This document shows, one piece after another, positions 30,800 to 39,559 of a stretch of DNA of 64,000 nt. The DNA comes from Deltaproteobacteria bacterium (GTDB taxonomy: Archaea; Thermoplasmatota; Poseidoniia; Poseidoniales; Poseidoniaceae): contig JAOMAZ010000002.1 in the NCBI GenBank assembly GCA_028344335.1, positions 380-64,379 on the forward strand, given 5' to 3'. How positions within the stretch are numbered: position 1 is the stretch's first letter; each line of letters opens with the position of its first letter. The notes below the pieces were generated by a model that saw only the letters and a list, made by a program, of their open reading frames with translations, did no database searches and was not told where the DNA came from. A program made the position numbers and the translations under genes.

Positions 30800-32611
30800 A
30801 TGACCCAGCACGAGTCGAATGTGGACGGGGATACGATAGGCCTAACGGTACAGGCTTCACAGCGTTTAGGGCGCATTTACGGATTGGGAGACCGCGCTTC
30901 GCCAGCCGCATTGACACCTTGTTTATTAGTCGAGGAATCCGATGCAGATTCCACTCCCACAAACCTCGCTCCATTTACCTATCAACAAGACAATAGTAAG
31001 ATTCCAGGAACTTTGTCTATAATGGGTAGGCTACCCATGTCTATACCTTTTGATGCTAATGGCCCTGACTGGAAAGTAGGTGTTGGGCATGTATTGCCAC
31101 CTAGCATGGTTGCTGCGGATACTGGAGACCGCGGTGGAAGTGGTACATTGCTACCTATCTCATGGCAACGAATGAACCATGATGAGGAGTTATTGAATTT
31201 GGAAAAAGAACCGCAGGTTGTTGTTTTACTTGATGCTCTCCAATTAGCTAATCAACGAGGTGCCCTCGCCAAGGCATTATTCACAATCCGTCAACAATTC
31301 TCTTCAGCCCTCATTTGGTGCCCAGGAATTTCAGGCCCTGATAACTTGGCTTTGTTGACTTGGATGGGTGTTGACTTGCATGATTTAGTACGTACTTCTC
31401 AATGTGAAGCACATCATGCCTTGCTTACGAATAGCGGTCCCCGCATGCCTGAAGAAAGCCTTGATGAAGTAGTCGACCGGAAAACGCACTTGGCAATTTG
31501 GAAAGCCGAACTAGCGACAGTTCGTAGGGCAATTCGTGATGGTACCCTCAGAGAATTAGTCGAACAGAGAGTGCTTTCAAGTCCAAGAATGGTTGAGCAT
31601 CTTCGCCACCATGATGCTCTTTTGACAATCCCTAATCAGGAAACAGTCTTGCAATCCGTTGTAGCAACCGGAAGAAGATTTAGAGCGCACTCCCAAGCCT
31701 CCTTTAATGACCCAGAAATAATTGATTGGGTAAGATTCATTTCAGATGATTATTGTGCCCCTGAAGAACAAGATAAGGTGCTTATATTGCTCCCTTGTAG
31801 CGATCGAAAACCATATCGTGAATCGCGTTCTCACATTCGTTTTGGTCATGCGATTGGTTATACAACTGCCCATGAAGTTATGGTAACCAGCCCACTTGGT
31901 TTAGTTCCAAGAGATTTAGAGAGGATTTGGCCAGCAGCTCATTATGATGTCCCAGTTACAGGAGATTGGAGTACTGAAGAACTAGAACGGATTCAAAGCA
32001 TGTTGAATCGATTAATCGAAAATCAAGGTTATTCTCATGTAATCAATCATAGTGGCATGAAATTGGAGATTCCAAGCGGTGTTTCAGTTGTCGATAGCCG
32101 CCTTGATGACGGTGCAACTTCACAAGCGGCGTTTGAACGTCTGCAAACTGCGGTTCAGGAAGCAATAGAGAAATTCGAGTTAAGAGGGCGCTCAAAATAT
32201 ATTCAATTACTGGAAGAATTCCGTTCCATCGCTCGTCGCCAAATGCGTAATGATAGTTGGCTCGATGGTTTGAGAGTAGCCGGAAAACCACCACGCTGGA
32301 AAGTCTATGATGGAGAAAAACAAATTGCTCAATGGCTCCCTGAAAGAGGGGCTTTATCGATGACAAAAGCGGCCCTACCACGTTTATTAGAAGGAAATTG
32401 TTTGCCTAAAATACATTTACTTGAGGGTATAAAATGGAGAGGAGATGTGTTTTCTTCAATACTCGAAAGCCATGACTCTGATATTCGAGAGGGTGGGGAA
32501 TTATTGGTATTACAAGGTGGAAAACTGTTAGGCTCGGCGCGTGCTAGCGTTTCTGCTTGGGGTTGGCCTAATACTCCTGGAAAGTTGGCAAAGGGCCATC
32601 AGCGCCTCTGA
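30800..32611 (+). CDS. arcS: Archaeosine synthase ArcS-like protein (degenerate TGT-like N-terminus, DUF5591-type core, PUA); possible start GTG 30821
   Basis: AIRDGTLRELVEQR, LLPCSDRKPYRESRSH, VTSPLGLVPRDLE, PAAHYDVPVTGDW, C-terminal PUA-like DIREGGEL. Confidence 0.85.
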   Translation: MTQHESNVDGDTIGLTVQASQRLGRIYGLGDRASPAALTPCLLVEESDADSTPTNLAPFTYQQDNSKIPGTLSIMGRLPMSIPFDANGPDWKVGVGHVLPPSMVAADTGDRGGSGTLLPISWQRMNHDEELLNLEKEPQVVVLLDALQLANQRGALAKALFTIRQQFSSALIWCPGISGPDNLALLTWMGVDLHDLVRTSQCEAHHALLTNSGPRMPEESLDEVVDRKTHLAIWKAELATVRRAIRDGTLRELVEQRVLSSPRMVEHLRHHDALLTIPNQETVLQSVVATGRRFRAHSQASFNDPEIIDWVRFISDDYCAPEEQDKVLILLPCSDRKPYRESRSHIRFGHAIGYTTAHEVMVTSPLGLVPRDLERIWPAAHYDVPVTGDWSTEELERIQSMLNRLIENQGYSHVINHSGMKLEIPSGVSVVDSRLDDGATSQAAFERLQTAVQEAIEKFELRGRSKYIQLLEEFRSIARRQMRNDSWLDGLRVAGKPPRWKVYDGEKQIAQWLPERGALSMTKAALPRLLEGNCLPKIHLLEGIKWRGDVFSSILESHDSDIREGGELLVLQGGKLLGSARASVSAWGWPNTPGKLAKGHQRL

Positions 32612-32681
32612 GGTGTTGCTGTGCTTAGCGATGTGATTATGAAGGAGAAGCAGGTCGGCGGCTCGCCCGAGGTGTGATGAC

Positions 32682-33137
32682 ATGGCACGAATGTACGCTC
32701 ATAAGAGAGGAAAGAGCGGTTCCACCAAGGTCCATGGACAGGATCTTCCAGAGTGGGCCAATACCGATAAGAAAGAAATCGAGAGTCTTATTTCTTCTCT
32801 CCACACCGATGGACACACTGCTGCCATCATCGGTACAATTCTACGTGACCAGCATGCTGTCCCAGACGTGCGCAAGGTAATTGGTCAGAGAATAACTTCC
32901 TTCTTAGCTTCACAAGACAAGGTTGCTACCTACCCCGAGGACATGATGAATCTGATGCGCAAAGCAGTTAGTATCATCGATCACATTTCTTCAAACCGCA
33001 AAGATATTCACAATACACGAGCACTTGAATTAACTGAATCAAAGATTCGTCGCCTTGCTAAGTATTACCAAGCCAAGGGCCGCCTTGATATTGATTGGAA
33101 ATACAAGCGCGACCAAATCCGTTTGATGGTTGAGTGA
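32682..33137 (+). CDS. rps15: 30S ribosomal protein S15 (uS15, archaeal S13e-type)
   Basis: MARMYAHKRGKSGS, IGTILRDQH, ESKIRRLAKYY; SD GAGGTG. Confidence 0.97.
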   Translation: MARMYAHKRGKSGSTKVHGQDLPEWANTDKKEIESLISSLHTDGHTAAIIGTILRDQHAVPDVRKVIGQRITSFLASQDKVATYPEDMMNLMRKAVSIIDHISSNRKDIHNTRALELTESKIRRLAKYYQAKGRLDIDWKYKRDQIRLMVE

Positions 33138-33193
33138 ACCCGCATCATTCCTCAAGTTGAAGTGTATTGGCCGTTTGCATTGTCTTTGTCGCA

Positions 33194-34039
33194 ATGTTCC
33201 CTTTGCATAGTTTAGAGGAGTTCAACTCCATAACTGCAACATTAGAAGAGGCGGTAGAGTTTTTAAAAAATCAATCAAGTATTAGTATTATTTTTCCGGC
33301 AAAACTTTCTTCTGCAATAGCCGCTTCTTTAATTGAAGCTGCATTTTTAGATGCGGGTATGGCTTATCATCGTAAAATCAGTACCTCTGATTTGATTGAG
33401 GATTCAGCACCCTGCATCATCATTGACCCAGATGAACAGTATGAATTGAGAATCGAAAGAGGATGTCTAATTATGGGAATCAATAGTATGGAATTTGATA
33501 TTGGCCATTCTGGAAAGCGCAATTTAGGGGTAATCGAGCAAGTTGGAATGGCTGGATTACTCGCTGGAATACTGGCACCAGAGGGTGAAAGGACCAAGAG
33601 ATTGAGGCCATGGATATTAGCGGGGTCATGGCTTAGAGATTCTCTTGATACTGCATATGATCCCCAATATATGAGATTCAAGGACCTTCTAAGTGAATCC
33701 GGTGAAATCCAATGCCTGCCATTACCAGAACTCGCCGACTGCGACTTGAGTCAATTACCAGGTCTATCAACCAGTCTTTTGTCAAGGATGCGAAGACGAT
33801 GGCCTTCGATGAGTCTTGAGCAGCGCTCTGCGGCGATGAGTGATTTACTATTACCAGTACTGGAGAACCCAGATTGTGCGACGGCACGAATTGAAGAATT
33901 AGGCTGGAGGCGTGTAGTTGGGGTAGGTTGGGATTTGGATCTTGCAACAATGTTGAAGAAATCTAGGGATTCATGGTTGCCTGATTCACTTTCTGTTTCA
34001 AAAGCGATGGATTCTCTAATTAGTACCGGTTTACTTTAA
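33194..34039 (+). CDS. Degenerate DHH-family RecJ/GAN-like protein lacking catalytic motifs
   Basis: Position immediately after rps15 matches the archaeal rps15-RecJ(DHH) synteny. IIFPAKLSSAIAASLI resembles motif I without DxDG; no DHH. Start taken at ATG 33194. Confidence 0.5.
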   Translation: MFPLHSLEEFNSITATLEEAVEFLKNQSSISIIFPAKLSSAIAASLIEAAFLDAGMAYHRKISTSDLIEDSAPCIIIDPDEQYELRIERGCLIMGINSMEFDIGHSGKRNLGVIEQVGMAGLLAGILAPEGERTKRLRPWILAGSWLRDSLDTAYDPQYMRFKDLLSESGEIQCLPLPELADCDLSQLPGLSTSLLSRMRRRWPSMSLEQRSAAMSDLLLPVLENPDCATARIEELGWRRVVGVGWDLDLATMLKKSRDSWLPDSLSVSKAMDSLISTGLL

Positions 34040-36048
34040 GCAACGATTTTCAGGACTCTACCACAACCACCACAAGGAAGCCTAAGGGGTCTGATATCAG
34101 AAACCACGGGATTGACAGTAGTACATTTAGGACAAGAGATAGTTGGTACCTCGGGCATTGAAGAAGTATCGGGCATTCCATCATATCCCAAGCGCTTTGG
34201 TGTGATGATTGTTGTTACCATCCATATTCCACCGATTCCACCCATCAATGCTCCAATACTCTCCATTGGGAATGCGTACCAATAAGCAGCAGCGACCAAA
34301 GGAATCAGAATAGTTTCAAGAATCAGTGGCTTCTTGTCTTTACCACGTGCTAATAATAAACAGGTTGAAAATAATACGGCTACCAATGAAAGACAAATTA
34401 AAGCTAATGGAAGGGGGGTATAAAGAGGATTAGTGCTTGTTTTTACCCTTAAGTCTAATCTATTCCAAGATAAGATGTTATCTGCATGAACTGTGTATAC
34501 TTCTTCGGTGATGTGCCTTTCATGGCTAGTTTCTAAGTCTTCACTGGTCTTTTCATGAATATCTGTGAAAGATGATTGACTATCGCTGTGGAGACTAATA
34601 TCGAGTGATACTTGATTCCAGTAACTTTCGGATTGAGGGAGAATGAACTGTTGCAATAGGTCAAAATAATCACCTTCTTTAATTGATTGTGTGGTGCTAA
34701 TTATCAGGGTTACTTGATTTCGATTAACATTATTATCATCGTTCAAATCTATGCGCACCTGTATCGTGTGAAAGTCTCTAAAAGAACCACCTAGGAGTGG
34801 TTCTGCCTCAAGTTGAAGGGCGTTTTCTAAGAAATTAAGAGTTAATTCTTGAGATTGCAGGCGGGAGGCGAATTTTTCAAGTTCAGAATTATCTATTATT
34901 CCATCTTCATATTGCGATTGGCTAAATCCACCATCAAAACGTTTCCATACCGAGTCCATTTTCAACCATTCTGAGTTCTGGTTGGTAATTCCCCATCTCA
35001 TCCAATATGCCATGTCATCTTTGATGACTAATCGAGTCGTTCGGGATATTACGATACCATCTCCTTCATCGAGGTCTGCATCGATGATGACAGATAGCCC
35101 ATTACTGTTATTGGTTCGAATTGGCTCTTCAGAGCCATAATAAGTTCCAGAACCATCACCATCTTCTAACTGAACATCAAATTGACCAGAGGCTAGCCAA
35201 CTGCTACCGCCGCTTTGCATCACATAGTTGATTTCAATCTGCACACTATCGCCACTAAATGATTCACTTGCAGTCCAGGACCAAGTTGCTTTGACATCTT
35301 GGCCAGAGGGTGTCTTGACAGGTTCTCCACTCAAGAATTCTCCATTTACTGAACAACTAATGCTGCCTTCTTCTATTAATTTTTGACTAAATCCAGAGCG
35401 AAGAATTGCTGGAATATGTAATGTTCTCCCATCAACAATCGGTTCTGAAATATCAATATCCATTAGTGGTAGATTTGCTTCAAGTTTGCTTTCGTGGTCT
35501 TCATCACCCCACAAGAAGTCAATTTTAGCATCAGAACCTGGAACTACAAAGACTAGAGAACTCATTACCAATTCAACTGATACTGTATCAGAACTAACAA
35601 GTGTGCCAGTATCTACTTGAATGGAAGTAGTCAAGGTTCCACTCCCTCCTGGAACATATGTTTCCCCAGCAGGAGTTTGGCCAGTGAATTGGTTTGGACC
35701 GATATTAACCTTCACCGTTGCATTTAGTTGCACGCCTGCGGCATTTTCAACTTCGTAAGTTATTGTGAAGGTCCATTCCTCTGAAATAATATCTCCATGA
35801 TACCCTGGCTGGAATGACCATGTCCCGATGCTTTCCTCATTTGGAATTGATGATGCTAGAGATTTACTTTGTAATTCGTTTCGGTCACCATCAAATGGTG
35901 ATAGACTGCTGGTGCCAGTCAAAAACAGGTCCACAGCCTGACTTTCACAGCACTCACCACTTGCTTTAACAGTAGGTAAATATGAATTTGGCGCAGCAAT
36001 TAATGAGATGAATAGCAGGCTCAGGACGAGAAGTGGTTGTAATTTCAT
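34036..36048 (-). CDS. Exported-domain membrane protein with 3 C-terminal TMs and a cytoplasmic zinc ribbon
   Basis: Signal MKLQPLLVLSLLFISLIAA, three C-terminal hydrophobic helices, CPKC...CGGC at the C-terminus. Confidence 0.75.
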   Translation of the reverse strand: MKLQPLLVLSLLFISLIAAPNSYLPTVKASGECCESQAVDLFLTGTSSLSPFDGDRNELQSKSLASSIPNEESIGTWSFQPGYHGDIISEEWTFTITYEVENAAGVQLNATVKVNIGPNQFTGQTPAGETYVPGGSGTLTTSIQVDTGTLVSSDTVSVELVMSSLVFVVPGSDAKIDFLWGDEDHESKLEANLPLMDIDISEPIVDGRTLHIPAILRSGFSQKLIEEGSISCSVNGEFLSGEPVKTPSGQDVKATWSWTASESFSGDSVQIEINYVMQSGGSSWLASGQFDVQLEDGDGSGTYYGSEEPIRTNNSNGLSVIIDADLDEGDGIVISRTTRLVIKDDMAYWMRWGITNQNSEWLKMDSVWKRFDGGFSQSQYEDGIIDNSELEKFASRLQSQELTLNFLENALQLEAEPLLGGSFRDFHTIQVRIDLNDDNNVNRNQVTLIISTTQSIKEGDYFDLLQQFILPQSESYWNQVSLDISLHSDSQSSFTDIHEKTSEDLETSHERHITEEVYTVHADNILSWNRLDLRVKTSTNPLYTPLPLALICLSLVAVLFSTCLLLARGKDKKPLILETILIPLVAAAYWYAFPMESIGALMGGIGGIWMVTTIITPKRLGYDGMPDTSSMPEVPTISCPKCTTVNPVVSDIRPLRLPCGGCGRVLKIVA

Positions 36049-36127
36049 CTCCTCACCGAACACCTTGCCGTACCAAGCACCTTTGAAACCAGCGTCTGAA
36101 GGTACAGTCAATACGCCTAATTAGCTA

Positions 36128-36478
36128 TCAAAGTGCTCTTTCGAGAACACTTCCAATTTCCTTCTCAAAGAGAGTGACTAATGCTTCAGACACTTCGTCA
36201 TGCAAATCGTCAGGTAATATGGAAAGGCCGAGTCTTGCAGCGGCACGGGTTGCTTTCAACTCTGCATAAACTGAACGGGCCTTTGAGGTGAAGTAATAGG
36301 TTAGTGATTCTTTCAACTCAGCTTTCAATTCTGGGTCTTCATCTATTCTATTTTTGATGTGACTCTTCAATTCGTCTTTCACCAATTCTCTAACTGCTTC
36401 AATAACCAAATCTTCGGTTTGCATTAAGTCTTTCAGTTGTTCTTTCATCGAACCTCCTAAGATTCTCTCAATTGCCAT
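36128..36478 (-). CDS. Hypothetical helical protein
   Basis: Charged amphipathic helical ORF; TTGAAA 30 nt before ATG 36478. Confidence 0.7.
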   Translation of the reverse strand: MAIERILGGSMKEQLKDLMQTEDLVIEAVRELVKDELKSHIKNRIDEDPELKAELKESLTYYFTSKARSVYAELKATRAAARLGLSILPDDLHDEVSEALVTLFEKEIGSVLERAL

Positions 36479-36621
36479 ATTAACGGGGAATCGCACCTAA
36501 TGTTTCAATCCTTGCACTGTCTTTGCCCCCTAATTTCTCCCAAAAACAGGGGTAAAATGTTTAATTGAACCGAGGAATCATTGAATAACACTAGCCGGTC
36601 TGGCTGGTTTAGGTGAAATGA

Positions 36622-37041
36622 ATGTCCGAAGTACGCATCCGAGATTTAGTCCTAACAGATGAGCACGATACAGTTGAATTAGGCGACTCCTTGGTCGACG
36701 CTGCAAAGAAATTACTTGGCTTACCAAGAGGTATCCTTGTTGCCCTTGATGGTGGAAAGGTAAAGGGAGTTTTGACCAGTATTCAAATCTTATCTGCAGT
36801 TGCAGATGGTATAGATATGAATGCAGAAAACTGTGGTGGGCACATGGACACAGATGTCATGGAAGTTGGTCAAGATGATTTAGTTTCAGAGATTGTCGCT
36901 ACAATGAACGAGCGCCGCCCTCATGCAGTAGTCGCAACAGATGAAGACGGCCAATTTACTGGCTATTTCTCACCTAACGACTATCGACAAGCAATGTCTT
37001 TGGCTGCTAACAATCCAGCAATTCAGGCGCTTGAAGAATGA
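36622..37041 (+). CDS. CBS-domain pair protein
   Basis: VRIRDLV, GKVKGVLT, CGGHM, DEDGQFTGYFS CBS signatures; SD AGGTGA. Confidence 0.85.
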   Translation: MSEVRIRDLVLTDEHDTVELGDSLVDAAKKLLGLPRGILVALDGGKVKGVLTSIQILSAVADGIDMNAENCGGHMDTDVMEVGQDDLVSEIVATMNERRPHAVVATDEDGQFTGYFSPNDYRQAMSLAANNPAIQALEE

Positions 37042-37043
37042 TT

Positions 37044-38759
37044 TCAATTATGGCTTAAAACCAAGCCAGTTTCTTCAATAACTGCATAGCCGATTCTTTC
37101 GAGTTGTACTTGTGTTCCGATGGGGTGTGAGTGGTTCTCAAGAATACCCTTTTGGCAGTTGATTCCATCATCTTCATTGTAATACAGATTCGTCTCTTTA
37201 CCATTAGCAACCCAATGAATTATTCTCAGCCCGCCTGCTGAATCAATTGAAGTTATGATTGCTTTTCCGTCGGTTATTTCAATATCAGCTAGATCTTTCA
37301 GTCTAAATTTATTTGACTTTGAAAGTGCTTCATCAATATCTGCTTTTTCAACCATGATAATTTTTGTAGAAAGATCAATTATTCTTGGCTTGAAATTGGA
37401 ATGCTCTGGGTGAGAGGGAACCGTGATTGATGCCGGTAACTCTCCTCCAACTAGTTCCAATGATTTTGGTTCGCGCACAAAACTGATTCTCGGAGTTTTG
37501 ATGTCAATAATTTTTGTGTCATGAGAAAATAGGCTTGAGAGTGGCACACTGATATCTTTCTGAGTAAGCCCCAACTCAATCCAGAATGCTTTCAATGCTT
37601 CAGCATTCATCCCTTTTCTGCGCATAGATGCAATGGTTGGCAAGCGAATATCATCCCAATTACTATATTTTCCTGACTCTATATCCCTGCGTATTTGAGA
37701 GGTTGAAAAGCCCCCATATTCGTGAATTTTCACTCTTCCCCAGTAAATCGTAGTTGGATACTCCCAACCAAATTTATCATAGAGTAATAATTGCTTTCGA
37801 GTAGAGTCCATCAAATCTTTACCTCTAATGATGTGAGTAACATTTTGCAAATGGTCTTCTACTGCACTCTGGAAATCTAATAATGGCCAAACTCTCCATC
37901 GGCTACCAATGTTAGGCCTTGGATGGGGATTGGTTTTGGTATCTTGAATTCTAAAGGCTGGCCAATCACGAAGGGCGGGATTTGGTAGGGTCATGTCTGT
38001 TTTCACTCTCATCACCGCATCTCCAGGTTTTAGTCTCCCATCTTTCATCTGCATCCATAAGTCGAGGTTTTCTTCAATATCTTGGTGGCGATGTGAACAT
38101 TCTTGCTTGTTTTTTCGAATTTCCTTGAATTCATCTCCACTGCATAAGCAGATGTATGCACCATCCATCTCCAATAATTGAACTGCATGTTTGTGATAAT
38201 ATTCCATTCTCTCACTGGCTATGATAATTTTTGGTTTCAAGCCAGTTAACCATTCAACTTCTTCTTCAATTTTCTCATAGGCAGAGAGGAGAGGTGCTTT
38301 CTGAATTGTGTCAGTATCATCGAAGCGCAGTATCAATGTTCCATTGTGTGCTTTTGCATATTCTGAATTAATGATAAGCCCTCTACTATGTCCAAATGAC
38401 AACAAGCCGTTCGGATTTGGTGCGAATCTAAGAACAACTGTCCCTTCGCCAACATCGGGAAGGTCGGGTAGTCCAACCCTTCGCTCTTTCACTTTCTTTT
38501 CAAGTAAATGCGGAGCAATTGATTCTAATTCACCTCTGATGAAATCACTTCCTTTTTCTTCGAATAAAGAATTTGCATCTGCTACTAATTTAGCAACCAT
38601 TGGAGAGACATCCTTTCCAAATTGCCTTAAATCAGCTCTTTCAGCCATTAGTCTACCAATTACACTGCCTGCTTTGCCAGCCCCTTCATACTCCATGGCA
38701 TTGGCAAGGCAATAGGCACGAATTAGGATAGAGGTTTCCTCATCGGCTTGCCAAGACAT
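37044..38759 (-). CDS. gltX: Glutamate-tRNA ligase (archaeal type)
   Basis: VVLRFAPNPNG, LILRFDDTD, ALRDWPAFR, THIIRGKD, WDDIRLPT, QLERIGY. Start taken at ATG 38759. Confidence 0.96.
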   Translation of the reverse strand: MSWQADEETSILIRAYCLANAMEYEGAGKAGSVIGRLMAERADLRQFGKDVSPMVAKLVADANSLFEEKGSDFIRGELESIAPHLLEKKVKERRVGLPDLPDVGEGTVVLRFAPNPNGLLSFGHSRGLIINSEYAKAHNGTLILRFDDTDTIQKAPLLSAYEKIEEEVEWLTGLKPKIIIASERMEYYHKHAVQLLEMDGAYICLCSGDEFKEIRKNKQECSHRHQDIEENLDLWMQMKDGRLKPGDAVMRVKTDMTLPNPALRDWPAFRIQDTKTNPHPRPNIGSRWRVWPLLDFQSAVEDHLQNVTHIIRGKDLMDSTRKQLLLYDKFGWEYPTTIYWGRVKIHEYGGFSTSQIRRDIESGKYSNWDDIRLPTIASMRRKGMNAEALKAFWIELGLTQKDISVPLSSLFSHDTKIIDIKTPRISFVREPKSLELVGGELPASITVPSHPEHSNFKPRIIDLSTKIIMVEKADIDEALSKSNKFRLKDLADIEITDGKAIITSIDSAGGLRIIHWVANGKETNLYYNEDDGINCQKGILENHSHPIGTQVQLERIGYAVIEETGLVLSHN

Positions 38760-38816
38760 CTTTCTCGTTGTGCGGCACGGCATACACGTCTTCAATCAGG
38801 CGGCTGAATTATCTCT

Positions 38817-39551
38817 TCAGAATAGAGTTTTTTGAGGAGGCTGCAATTCTCCGTCTTCGATGATTGGCCTTGTTGGTGGCATGCCTTGGTTATTTTCTTT
38901 CCAAATATCTGTAACTGTCTGCCATCTCCACCTTAAATCTGGGTCGCAGATTCCTTTATCGATTAGTTTTCGCACTGCCAATTTTGTTTTTTCATCAGAT
39001 GGATAGCCAGAACCGAGGTCAAAACCCTTTAATTTCGATAATTTTTGAATTTCATAATCTCTTGTTGTTTTGGCAAGAATACTTGCTGCCCCAACTGCAG
39101 GATGGATATCATCAGCTCCATGCCTACTATCTACATTCCAATTACTCCATGGCCACTTTTTTATCCTCTTACATACGTTCTTAGCAAAGCGCACTGGGTC
39201 GGTATCACAAGCATCCAATTCAAGAATACCACTTCCTTTTAGGGTTGGGAGATTATTGATTACGTACGAAAATAGAATGCACTCGTGTTCATTCAAGTTC
39301 CCTCTTTGCATGGCATTATCGATTGCTGCTGGACTTGAAGAATGAATAAAGAAATGCCAATCTCTTGACTCGGATTCTTTTCTTAACCATTTTTCCAATT
39401 TTTCTCTCTTCTCTGGAGATAGTTTTTTTGAGTCTTTCACACCTTCTTTGACAAGCAAATGTAGGTCTTCATCGGGACAACAAAAACTTGCTACTACCAA
39501 AGGGCCAATCACCGGCCCCCTGCCTGCCTCATCTACACCGATGTGCCACAT
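38817..39551 (-). CDS. rnhB: Ribonuclease HII
   Basis: GVDEAGRGPVIGPLV, VKDSKKL, AASILAK, GSGYPSD. Confidence 0.96.
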   Translation of the reverse strand: MWHIGVDEAGRGPVIGPLVVASFCCPDEDLHLLVKEGVKDSKKLSPEKREKLEKWLRKESESRDWHFFIHSSSPAAIDNAMQRGNLNEHECILFSYVINNLPTLKGSGILELDACDTDPVRFAKNVCKRIKKWPWSNWNVDSRHGADDIHPAVGAASILAKTTRDYEIQKLSKLKGFDLGSGYPSDEKTKLAVRKLIDKGICDPDLRWRWQTVTDIWKENNQGMPPTRPIIEDGELQPPQKTLF

Positions 39552-39559
39552 ATTACCGC

